A DNA stretch of 63,454 bases, counting the filler, from Octopus bimaculoides (taxonomy: Eukaryota): NCBI RefSeq assembly GCF_001194135.2. It is 6 parts of 6 records of this genome, joined end to end, with 100 filler letters (N's around TTAATTAATTAA, not from the genome) between each part and the next. Parts side by side here need not be neighbours in the genome. Positions count along the whole stretch, not along the records: positions 32,851 to 55,544 come from NC_068982.1; 5 more parts are not named here. The stretch is one strand, 5' to 3'. A program made the translations under genes and the position numbers. Under the pieces are notes generated by a model, which searched no databases, was not told the DNA's origin, and saw only the letters and a list, made by a program, of their open reading frames with translations. Below are positions 38,999-49,879 of this stretch, in pieces (the first letter of the stretch is position 1; each line of letters begins with the position of its first letter).

Positions 38999-39072
38999 GG
39001 TATCAGCCGAAACGTTGTGTTAACAACAAACAAGATGAAGACAAATATCCGTCAAATGTAAATAACGTAAAT
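38999..39072 (+). mobile_element. SINE family E 3' fragment (3' half of hammerhead and tail)
   Basis: GGTATCAGCCGAAACGTTGTGTTAACAACAAACAAGATGAAGACAAATATCCGTCAAATGTAAATAA matches 46058-46165 and 40611-40725. Confidence 0.85.
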
Positions 39073-39181
39073 TGGAATTATTCCGTCTGACTAATCAGAT
39101 CAAGGAGGTGCCCCAGCATGGCCGCAAACCAAGGACTGAAACAAGTAAAAAATAAAGGAAGACCTGGTAAAGTCTCACATC

Positions 39182-39575
39182 TAGGCGCAGGAGTGGCTGT
39201 GTGATAAGAAGCTTGCTTCCCAACCACGTGATTCTGAGTTCAGTCCCACTGTGTGGCACCTTGGGCAAATGTCTCCTATTGTAGCTTTGGGCTGACCAAA
39301 GCATTGTGAGAGGATTTGGTAGATGGAAACTGAAAGAAGCCCATCACACATGTATATATATATATGTTTGTGTGTCTGTGTTTGTCCCCTCACCATTGCT
39401 TCACAACTAATGTTGGTGTGTTTACATCCCCATAACTTAGTGGTTCAGCAAAAGATATCAATAGAATAAGTACTAAGCTTAGAAAGAATAAGTCTGTGGG
39501 TCAATTTATTTGACTAAAGGCGCTGCTCCAGCATGGCCACAAACAACTGACTGAAACAAGTAAAAGAAAAGAATA
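39182..39575 (+). mobile_element. SINE family A, CpG-decayed full copy
   Basis: Full A architecture; consensus CG mostly read as TG/CA (GTAGATGG, CCCATCAC). Confidence 0.88.
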
Positions 39576-40399
39576 AGTATATAATACAGTGAGTTGAAAA
39601 AACTGTAATATCATCTGTGCAATTATTCTACAAAACCTCCCTCTTGAGGGATGAGATTTTTGAATGCTGAATGTCTCAGTTGTGAGCACAAAGCTGCGTC
39701 TGTGTTAAAATGTAAAACCCTGAGTTGTTTGTCCAATTTTCAATTTACAGCATTTGATAGTTCATTTCTGTTTATAAATTAGTGTTTTATTAACGACTGA
39801 AATACATATGTTAAAAAAAAAAAAAACAGAAGAAAAACAAGAAAAATTCTGTGTTAATGTTTTTCCTGTTGAGCTGCAGAAGTCTTTGATTATGTTACTT
39901 TAGAATATTCTATAAAAGGGGGAAACTTGCTGGTTGGCTACTTTCAAATCAATGGTTCTGTTTAATCGGTGGAGAGACAGAGAGAGAGAAGGTGGCAGTG
40001 GTGGTGGGAGCTTGGTGAAAATGGTATGAAATTAGTGTGAAGAAGACGATTCTGGCTGTAAATGCAGTGCATTATGAATAAAGGTATTTAATATAGCATG
40101 ACAGCAGCTGGACTGAGTGATTTAAAAGTGAACGAGTGGAGACTGAGTGACGAGTCTTATTACGTTATGAGAGGCTATGAAAGGGATTTATTAGAGGATG
40201 ACCTGGAATGAATTCATTAGGTCTTGGACAGGGAGAGAAGAGTGCATGTACAATGGGACACAGTTGGTATTTCATGAGAAAATAGTGTCATTATTATGAG
40301 AAGATTAATAGCCTAAATTTGTAAATAACAGAAGAGAAAATAAGTGTTATTTAGTAAGACCTAAAGATCTTAATACTACTGTTAGTACCTCCAGGCCTT

Positions 40400-40610
40400 G
40401 GCAAAATTCTTAGCAAACTGAGCGAAATGCTTAGCAGCATTTTATACGTCTTTACGTACTGAGTTCAAATTCCATTGAGGTCAACTCTGCTTTTCATTCT
40501 TTCAGGGTCAATTAAATAAGTACCAGTTGAACACTGGGGTCAATGGAATCTACCTATCCCCACTATGAAGTAGCTGGCTTTGTGCAAAAACTTGAAACCA
40601 ATGTTAGTAT
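40400..40610 (+). mobile_element. SINE family B, diverged
   Basis: GCGAAATGCTTAGC...GAGTTCAAATTCC...CACTGGGGTCAATG. Confidence 0.75.
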
Positions 40611-40930
40611 ACAGTTCTATATTTAAGAGATAAGGAATTATGTACATTGTTTACATTATTTACATTAGACGGATATTTGTCCTCATTTTGTTTGTTGTTA
40701 ACACAACGTTTTGGCTGATATACCCTTCAGCCTTCATCAGGTGTCTTGGGGAAATTTTGAACCTGGGTTCTCATTCCTAAGGTATTTTTCAATGTTGTTG
40801 TTGTTATTATTATTATTATTGTTATTCAGGTCACTGCCCAGAATCGAACTTGGAATCTTGGTGTTAGTAGCCCACACTCTTAACCCCAAGATTCCAAGGT
40901 TGATTCCAGGCAGTGACCTGAATAATCATA
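40611..40930 (-). mobile_element. SINE family E with G12A-mutated hammerhead and a short inverted head duplication
   Basis: Collinear with 46058-46320; plus-strand partial head CCCCAAGATTCCAAGGTTGATTCCAGGCAGTGACCTGAAT at about 40884-40923. Confidence 0.85.
40700..40745 (-). ncRNA. Minimal hammerhead ribozyme motif, probably inactive (G12 to A)
   Basis: GACAC CUGAUGA A GGCUG AAGGGUAUAU CAGCC AAAAC GUU GUGUU; GAAA core reads AAAA. Confidence 0.6.
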
Positions 40931-40932
40931 CT

Positions 40933-41165
40933 CATCATCATCATCATCATCGTTTAACGTCCGCTTTCCATGCTAGCATGGGTTGGATGATTTGACTGAG
41001 GACTGGTGAAATCAGATGGCTGCACCAGGCTCCAATCTGATCTGGCAGAGTTTCTACAGCTGGATGCCCTTCCTAACGCCAACCACTCTGAGAGTGTAGT
41101 GGGTGCTTTTACGTGCCACCCGCACGAGGGCCAGTTAGGCGGTACTGGCAATGGCCACGCTCAAA
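40933..41165 (-). mobile_element. RTE-type 3' tail fragment
   Basis: (CAT)n CGTTTAACGTCCGCTTTCCATGCTAGCATGGG..., matches 58075-58300. Confidence 0.88.
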
Positions 41166-41169
41166 ATCA

Positions 41170-41330
41170 TATATTTTTATAAATAAATATCGTTAGGGAT
41201 TGTATAAAAAAAATTGTGAAAATATTTTGTGTACTTTAGAAGAATAACCAATTTTTTGCGGATAAATTTTAACAGCAAAATCCTATATGGACCCCCGAAG
41301 GGCTCATGGACCCTGGTTGAGAACCATTGT
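41170..41330. mobile_element. hAT/Charlie-like MITE end
   Basis: Ends GGACCCTGGTTGAGAACCATTG, similar to the CAGTGGTTCTCAACC-type TIR; homologous to 51056-51180 in reverse. Confidence 0.5.
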
Positions 41331-41989
41331 TACGGACCAACGTCCAACCATAAAACTTTCAACAAAACTTTTTTAAAAAATGGTAATAAATAAACTAAAA
41401 TAAAAATAAGGCAGTGCTCCAGCATGGCCACAGTTTGCAGACTGAAATCACCAAAAGAATTCAAAGAATAAAAGATTGGAGATATGTAATAAAATTAAGC
41501 TGTCTCGTATCACAAAGGATATATTGTCTCAGAGAAGATCGTATTCTAAGTCCATCACTAAGTCGCTAAAACTCATAGAAAATCTCTGGAATCACCATTG
41601 GTTAGAACTTATACGTAATAAATGGAAAAGATGAAACGAAATTGCACATATTAAAGATATAACAAAGATAAGAATATAATATAAAAATAATATCAAAAAT
41701 AAGCTTATTTGGTGACATGAAACGATGGATGTAATAATATATATACAGCACTGGGTCTGAGGTAGTTATTTATAATTAGCTGCGATGAATGTTTTACAAT
41801 CAATTATCTGCATGTATATGTATGTCTTCTGCACTCTCTCCATTATGTATAATGATGTCTGCAGGAGGATGGAGTTTGATAGCAAATATACTTTTATCTT
41901 TGTGGTTGTCTGACTGTCTGTTCATATCTTAGACTTTTGTAAAACTTTTATTTTGTAAATTCGCATTTTTCTGAAATAGATGACCAATT

Positions 41990-42261
41990 TTACGCACATA
42001 CACACACACACACACACATGCATACACGCACACACTCACACACTCTCAGACATGCACACACGCACACACACGCACACTCACACACTCTCACACATGCACA
42101 CACGTATATAATATGCTTACATATGCATACATAAATACATAAAAACATACACACATATATGTATGTATCCATCAATCTATCTATCTATCTATCTATCTGT
42201 ATACCTGTCCATCTATCTATCTATCTATCTAGCTATCTATCTGTATACCTGTCCATCTATA

Positions 42262-42326
<65 letters not shown>

Positions 42327-42440
42327 GCCTGTCTGTCTGTCTATGTGTCTGTCTGTCACTACATATCATATGTATAAGGCAGCAATGCACATACAAACAT
42401 ACATACATTCATACAAACATACATACATTCATACAAACAT
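41990..42440. repeat. (CA)n/(CTAT)n compound microsatellite
   Basis: Direct inspection. Confidence 0.9.
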
Positions 42441-43006
42441 ACATATGGCAAATGAAAGACAGAAGATGGAATATACAAGAATTTATCATTAATCATGACA
42501 ATTGTTTTGACACATCTAGCATCGATTCCTCATGGGTAGAACACTCAACAATTGGTTCAGGAGTATCTGGTGGTGCAGATGTATCTCGTCTGGTGATAAA
42601 TAAATACAACTCATTAGAATAACTGTTCTGCAATGTAACTTCTCATTTTGTAGAAAGAAAAACAGCCCGACGGAGGAAATATCTTCATTTATATAAAAGA
42701 TCAAAAATAAAATCACAGATGACAAAAAGAGAAACAAACACACAATCCAGCAAGAAAATTATTAAAAATAACCGTTAACAGATATGGAAGTATAAATGCC
42801 CTTGGGTAAGCTGCATGATGTGAGTACACTCACTCATACAAGCATCTGCAAAAAAGTGAGTATATGCACATGGAAGGCTTGGTGCAGTCATGGTCACAAA
42901 GCGATTTAGCTATCTACTTGATGTTTATAAGAATAGAGAGGTTAAAAGTAGACTTAAGTCATCCGTACTTTAAAGTAAATTAAATTAAGTCAATGGTTAC
43001 TCAAAA

Positions 43007-43432
43007 TTAATTCCCACTGCATTGTGCGAAAGTACATTTATATGCATGTAGGCATCTCGAGAGTCTTTCAGAAATTCTATTAATGATATTCTCATTAGTC
43101 CACAGAATGGACAGGTATTCCTTGCAGCAGAGACGGCATGTCCTGAAAATTATATTGTATGGTTTCGCGTACCTTACTATGGACCAATTAATGCTGCACT
43201 TCATTTTATCCTCCTTCAGTCACCATACAAAATCTACCAAAGATGCTGAATGTCTCCTATTGATTGTCTTAAGGCTAGTAATATGGTTATGATAATGATT
43301 CTTAAATGAATCAGCCATCTGCCCAATGTAAACATACATCCCTCCCCTTGTATGCATGGTACATTTATATACAAGATTTGTTCTCATACAGTGATTCAAC
43401 AAAGGACATTTTAATTTTTCTCTGCATGAGCA
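43007..43432 (-). pseudogene. Penelope-like element GIY-YIG endonuclease C-terminal domain, one in-frame stop
   Basis: Single frame CSCREKLKCPLLNHCMRTNLVYKC...YVYIGQMADSFKNHYHNHITSL...SLVDFVW*LKEDKMKCSINWSIVRYAKPY..CRLCCKEYLSIL..INRISERLSRCLH; matches the PLE pattern C-C-CPL-C, VY..YIG, FK.RY.NH, W.I, C.LC..E, N..E...CxH. Confidence 0.8.
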
Positions 43433-44027
43433 TTTATCATATTTATTTGTATATAAGGCAGTCCCAACTCCATTTACTAGCGTTTATTATCCATTATACA
43501 TACAAACATATATATAATCCAAGTAAGATGACAAAGAAAGAGTTTAGCACATCGTTAATGACCAGTTACAGTTGTTTCTGTATCACTCCATTTTTAACTC
43601 CATTGCACACAAAAATTCCATGTGAGAAGTTATGCAATATTTGCCATTTTAAACATTTGAGTGGTACTTCATCTGAATTGCATAAAACAATTGTGCTCTT
43701 ACTTAGTGCATCTGCCAAGTGTTGCATTTTGCTTATACAGGAGGAAACGAGAAATATAAATAAATAGTAAAAATAAAATTATGAAATACTGGACAGGCCA
43801 CAGACAGTAGTAATACCGAAACAGGCAAAGGTATGGTTGGAAAAAGAAGATGATGAATGAATAGGGAGAAGAAGAGAAAGGATAAAAATAGTGAGATAGG
43901 CTTGTCGTTCACAATGACCATCCGATGACTGTAAGAAAACTGATCATAAGATAATGGTGATGATGATGATGATGATGGTTATGCACATACAGACATATGT
44001 CTATGCACTAATACATATACATATATA

Positions 44028-44196
44028 CATCATCATCATCGTCATCATTGTCACTACTTAACATTCGTTTTCCATGCTGGCATGGGTTGGATGGTTCAGC
44101 AGGAACTGGCAAAGCCAGGAGCTGCACCAGCTTCCAGTCTGATTTGGCATGGTTTCTACTGCTGGATGCCCCTCCTAACACCAACCACTTTACACA
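44028..44196 (-). mobile_element. Older RTE-tail-type element
   Basis: TTAACATTCGTTTTCCATGCTGGCATGGGTTGG...GCTGGATGCCCCTCCTAACACCAACCAC. Confidence 0.75.
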
Positions 44197-44221
44197 GTGT
44201 GTGTGTGTATGTATGTATGTA

Positions 44222-44253
<32 letters not shown>

Positions 44254-44839
44254 TGCATCTGTGTGAGTAGTGGTGCATCTAGTTTGGCAGCATCAGTTTT
44301 CTGCAATGCTTAAAAAAAATAAAACGATTAACATTATTTTGATCTGCCAAAATTAATCATGAATTTTGTTCCCATTTCCCCGTCAACCCCCTCCTCCCCA
44401 AAATATATATCACATATCTCTATGTTTTTTAGAGATTGATTGTCATAAACTCTACGGAAGCTCAAGTATTATGGCAGCCCTGGGGCGGTGGGGGGGGGGG
44501 AAGGAATTTCACATATTGATACCCATATATCTACAGCAATATATTATTAATACATGTGATTGTATTTATGTATATTTATGCTGAAAGTTTTTTATTTACT
44601 ATTTAATTCAATTACCAAGAAAATAGTGGTATTAATAATAATAATAATAATAAAAACACATGTATTCACAAAACAGGATTAATCTTGTATTAAACTTGTC
44701 AATAGGGAAATCTGATGAATATGTGAATTGAAACTCACCCACCTCCAGGGCTCTCGTATACATTTTCCTTGTGTACACATGCATAAAGTTGCTTAAAAAA
44801 TATCTGTACAAATACCCATATGTATCTGTGTATGTGTTG

Positions 44840-44840
44840 T

Positions 44841-44892
<52 letters not shown>

Positions 44893-44979
44893 ATGCATGT
44901 GTTAAAAAGTACACACATACATATATAAAATTAAATGGAGCAAATCATGCACACAAACGAACAGCCATGTGTGTGTGTG

Positions 44980-45024
<45 letters not shown>

Positions 45025-45209
45025 ATATGTATACACAGTTCAAATCTATCTACGTATATGTCAATATATCTATCTATCTATATTGTTCACTCTCTTTCTA
45101 TTTATCTATATGTCTGTCTGTCCATCCATCCATCCATCCATCCATCTATCTATCTATCTATCCATCTATCTATATATCCATGTATCCATCCATCTATCCA
45201 TCTCTCTCC

Positions 45210-45256
<47 letters not shown>

Positions 45257-45328
45257 AATCTCTCTCTCCCCCTCTCTCTATCCATCTATCCATCAATCTC
45301 TCTCTCTATCTATCCATCCATCCATCCA

Positions 45329-45385
<57 letters not shown>

Positions 45386-45400
45386 TTCCCTATCTATTAC
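44840..45400. repeat. (TA)/(TG)/(CCAT)/(CTAT)/(CT) compound microsatellite
   Basis: Direct inspection. Confidence 0.9.
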
Positions 45401-46057
45401 ACCTTGTAGTCATGTTCTTATTTGCTTACATAGGTAAATGATTCGTATGGAGGGTAATTGAGTTTTCAAATTATTCTACATTTCAATTGTACTATTTGCA
45501 AGAACGAATTTTTTTCCTTAACACCAATCACGATTGCATTAACATGAACACTTGTATACAGGCATAACTATCTGTTTTTTTATATCCATTTTCATTTATA
45601 TATGTATATATATATATATATATAGCTGGCACCGTGCATTATGTACATGAATATACATACATGTGTGTGTTTGTGTATGCACACATATGCACATANNNNN
45701 NNNNNTTTGTGTATGCACACATATGCACATATATGTATGCATTTTGTGTGTGTGTGTGTGAATGTATTTTGTAGTGTGTTTGCAAGTGGGTTTTACGTGC
45801 ATGTAAATCAACTCTAAGTAGCATGAGCAAAAAACAAAAAAACAAAACCAAAACCCCAAAATATTAAAAACGAAAATCCTCCAATTCCTATGTAAATCAT
45901 GAAGTATATATTTGATATGTCTTGTTATAGTTCCAGCTGACACAATTCTGTGATGCAGTGTTTCTCCTTATTTATTCATGAATATTCCTCAGAAGAGAGT
46001 AACTGATGGAGCAGCTACTCCTCATGATCTGTCTCAGTATATCTGACACATTATCTT

Positions 46058-46320
46058 CTGTTCTATATTTAAGAGATGAGGAGTTATACACATTATTTAC
46101 ATATGACGGATAATTGTCCATCTTGTTTGTTGTTAACACAACGTTTCGGCTAATATACCCTCCAGCCTTCATCAGGTGTCTTGGGGAAATTTCGAACCTG
46201 GGTTCTCATTCCTAAGGTATTTTTCAATGTTATTATTATTATTATTAGTATTCAGGTCACTGCTTGGAATCAAACTCGGAATCTTGGGGTTAGTAGCCCG
46301 CACCTTTAACCACTACGCCA
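46058..46320 (-). mobile_element. SINE family E: tRNA-like head, (AAT)n, linker, hammerhead-containing tail
   Basis: Minus strand TGGCGTAGTGG (A box) ...GGGCTACTAACCCCAAGATTCCGAGTTTGATTCC (anticodon-arm and B-box-like), (AAT)n, then CTGATGA...GAAACGTT; three homologous copies in the window. Confidence 0.88.
46135..46180 (-). ncRNA. Minimal type-I hammerhead ribozyme (PLE-type, dimer-dependent), intact core
   Basis: 5'-GACAC CUGAUGA A GGCUG-GAGGGUAUAU-UAGCC GAA AC GU U GUGUU-3': stem I GACAC/GUGUU, stem II GGCUG/UAGCC, palindromic ACGU stem III, GUU cleavage triplet. Confidence 0.75.
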
Positions 46321-46321
46321 A

Positions 46322-46446
46322 CAGGCATATGGCGTAGTGGTTAAGAACACGGGCTACTAACTCTAAGATTCCGAGTTTGATTCCAAGCAGTGACCTGAAC
46401 ACTAATAATAATAACAAAAATAACATTGAAAAATAGCTTAGGAATG
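46322..46446 (+). mobile_element. SINE family E 5' part, inverted relative to 46058-46320
   Basis: AGGCATATGGCGTAGTGGTTAAGAACACGGGCTACTAAC...AACATTGAAAAATAGCTTAGGAATG, truncated before the hammerhead. Confidence 0.88.
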
Positions 46447-46974
46447 CTTATAATTTTGATATGTTTAATAATATTTTTCTATCTTAATATAAAAGTATTT
46501 TGTATATATTCAATTGTTATTTATTGTTGGTTGATATATACATTCTTTTATTATCATTATTGTTGAATTTTGACCTAAAGATTAGCTATATTTTTGAATA
46601 GAATTGATTTTCGATAGTTTTAATCAATTTAAATTTTCTTTCTATTTGAAAATTGGTTATGAAACACGTGTAGTCGTTTTATTATCATTATCTTATGATA
46701 TTCACTTTGTATTATATTATACTTATTTATTGTGCTTTTACTTACTAATTTTTCTATATGTGACAGTGGATTTTCATCCATGAGTTCATGAACCTTGTTT
46801 CTTTTCCCTAAAACTATATATATATATATATAACGGAGATGTACTTGCATAGCAAGTGACCTGATCNNNNNNNNNNNNNNNNNNNNNNNNNNNNNNNNNN
46901 NNNNNNNNNNNNNNNNNNNNNNNNNNNNNNNNNNNNNNNNNNNNNNNNNNNNNATATATATATATATATATATA

Positions 46975-47136
46975 TACGACAGGCTTCTTTCAGTTTCCGT
47001 CTACCAAATCCACTGACAAGGCTTTGGTCGGCCCGAGGCTATAGTAGAAGACACTTGCTCAAGGTGTCACACAGTGGGACTGAACCCAGAACCATGTTGT
47101 TGGGAAGCAAGCTTCTTACCACACAGCCACTCCTGC
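46975..47136 (-). mobile_element. SINE family A 5' half
   Basis: Reverse complement of the A head through GAAAGAAGCCTGTCGTA. Confidence 0.88.
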
Positions 47137-47199
47137 TTGTTTTTGTATTATTTTTAACTCCTCATATTGATGCATTTTATTTTTATTAAATACACATGA

Positions 47200-47608
47200 A
47201 TACATACATACATTCATACATACATGCACATACATACTTACATACATGCATGTGTGCATACATATATACACACATACATACAAACATACATGGATATATA
47301 CATGAGCCAACACATACACACGCATACATGCACATATACATACACGCACACATAAGTGTGCACATACACGCACACACACATGCCCCTCCCCTACCTGAAA
47401 ACCCATATGTGCTGACAATCTCACATATTTTCCATATATTTGAACAGAATTGTTTGTGTTGCTTCATATTTTCATTCAAAGCTCAGCTTCCTTCCATCAT
47501 AAGTCAGGGTTTCACGTGTATCCGTCTGTGTGTCTGTCTGCCTGACTATCGATCAATCTATATTTCTATCTGTGTATCCTCCTATCTGTCTGTCTGTCTC
47601 TCTATCTA

Positions 47609-47647
<39 letters not shown>

Positions 47648-47718
47648 ATCTNNNNNNNNNNTTGTCTCTCTGTCTGTTTATCTATCTATCAATCTATCTA
47701 TCTATCTATCTGTCTGTC

Positions 47719-47761
<43 letters not shown>

Positions 47762-47950
47762 GTCTGTCTTTATCTATCTATCTGTCTGTCTTTCTGCCTG
47801 TCTGTCTGTTTATCTATCTATCTATTTATCTGTCTGTCTGTCTATCTGTCGGTCTGTTTATCTGTCTGCCTGCCTGCTTGCTTGCCTGTCTATCTCTCAG
47901 TCTGTCTGCATGTCCACATGTCATTCACTCTGCCTATATGTCTATTTGCT
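47200..47950. repeat. (CATA)/(CTGT)/(CTAT) compound microsatellite
   Basis: Direct inspection. Confidence 0.88.
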
Positions 47951-48884
47951 TGCCTACACAACTCACTGTCCCCTACTGCAACAATGATCATATATCCATC
48001 ATCATCATCATCATCATCCCTTATATAGTTAAATCTTTCTTAATACGGCACCCTCCTCTCTAGTACTAGTAATAAATGTTTATACCCATTAGCACATTCT
48101 GATTGTATTACATTCGTACATACATACATACATAACTTCGTACATATATACATACACACACACATATTTATAAATATACATCTTATACATATATGTATCT
48201 TATACATATACATACACACACATATATGCACTGAACACACTCAGTTATGTACATACATATACACACAACCACAGCAATACATAAAAGCAATTTTCAATTT
48301 CATTCAAAATATCTGTATATATGTGTGCATATATTTCAATATCTATGTTTGTGTATAAATGAATGTATATATGTACATACACACGCACACACACACACAC
48401 ACTGAGCAGCTACAATCTTATGCATACACACACGTACACACACAACCCCACTCAGAGACACAATTTCATTATACAGTCTGTAACGCCAATGTTTACATAC
48501 TGGCCCTGAGTACTATACATTTGTGAATCTATTCTGTAATACAATCAAAACGGGCCAGTTTTATAAGTGATTGGTGACACTAGTGTTTAGCAAGTTTAAA
48601 CAATATTTTATTGGAAACTCTCTTCTCTTAAATTGATTATTACACAGCAAATCAAGAAGACACAAGAATTAGAGGTTTCTCCTTTGGAATGGTGTGTATC
48701 TACATGAACCAGCAGTTTATGTTGTCTTAGTGTTACCAATTACTATGGCAAGCAGGCAGAATTGTTAGTATGCCAAGCAAAATGCTCAGCGGTATTTTGT
48801 TTATTTTCATGTTCTGGAGTTCAAATTCCCACTGTGGAGGTTTGTGCTCTCTGAGTGCTGTTATTATTATCATTATTAAAGCAG

Positions 48885-49100
48885 TGAGCTGGCAGAATCA
48901 GTAACATGGTGGGTAAAATGCTTGGCAATATTTTGCCCATCTTTACATTTTGAGTTCAAATTCTGCCAAGGTTGGCTTCACCTTTCATGCTTCCAGGGTC
49001 AATAAATTAAGTGCCAATGAAATACTAGAGTCGATGTTATCATCTAGTCCCCTCCTCCATAATTTCAGGCCTTGTGCCTTTAGTAAAAAAAGATTATTAT
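48885..49100 (+). mobile_element. SINE family B, CpG-decayed, (TTA)n tail
   Basis: GCAGTGAGCTGGCAGAATC...TTTCAGGCCTTGTGCC. Confidence 0.8.
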
Positions 49101-49104
49101 TATT

Positions 49105-49555
49105 ATTGTTCAGTAGTTTTATTTTTATAGCGTGCTTTCACTTCACTACCGAGCGCAGCTCTGTGTGCCTTGGGTATGTGCTTTGGTTTGCTGTGATGCT
49201 CTTATGGTTACTGTATTGAAAGTGTTTTGCGTAAGATGTGTGCAGTGCCCAGTAGTGCAATTTTCTGTATGTTATATATATTTGTAAGTCCTGGTGTTTT
49301 TGTTATATATTTGTCTGAATATTTTTTTATTATACCTAAGGCACCTACTATGATAGGAATTGTTTCTGTTTTTAGATTCCACATTCGAGTTACCTCTATT
49401 TCCAGGTCTTTGTATTTTGAAAGTTTTTCCATTTCTCTTAGAGAGACATTGTCATCTGCTGGTATTGATACATCAATTAGAAAGCATTTTTTTTCTTCCT
49501 GATCTTTGACAACTATATCTGGTCTATTTGCCTTAATTTCTCTATCTGTATGTAT
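49105..49555 (-). mobile_element. 5'-truncated R4/Dong-type non-LTR retrotransposon in (TAA)n; RLE domain frame open
   Basis: HTDREIKANRPDIVVKDQEEKKCFLIDVSIPADDNVSLREMEKLSKYKDLEIEVTRMW...IPIIVGALG...QKIALLGTAHILRK; PD-(D/E)xK RLE motif; (TAA)n on both sides. Confidence 0.92.
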
Positions 49556-49611
49556 TATTATTATTATCATTATCATTATTGTTATTATTATTATTATTTT
49601 TATTATTATTT

Positions 49612-49835
49612 AAGGCAGTGAGCTGGCAGAATCGTTAGCATGTCAGGCGAAATGCTTGGTGATATTTCATCTACTGCTATGTTCTGAGTTCAAATTCTGC
49701 CGAGATCGACTTTCCCTTTCATCCTTTTGGGGATCAATAAATCAAGTACCAGTGAAACACTGGGGTTGATGTAATCGACTAGACCCCACCTCCCACAAAT
49801 TTCAGGCCTTGTGCCTTAAGTAGGAAGGATTATTA
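49612..49835 (+). mobile_element. SINE family B
   Basis: AAGGCAGTGAGCTGGCAGAATCGTTAGC...CAGGCCTTGTGCCTTAAGTAGGAAGG then (ATT)n. Confidence 0.85.
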
Positions 49836-49837
49836 TG

Positions 49838-49871
<34 letters not shown>

Positions 49872-49879
<8 letters not shown>

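Noticed and set aside
42490-42600. Possible minus-strand terminal exon RDTSAPPDTPEPIVECSTHEESMLDVSKQLS*
   Set aside because: Weak acceptor, no homology recognised and no linked upstream exon.
44712-44740. CTGATGA...GAAAC spaced like a hammerhead
   Set aside because: No stem II pairing, no UH triplet and no stem I.
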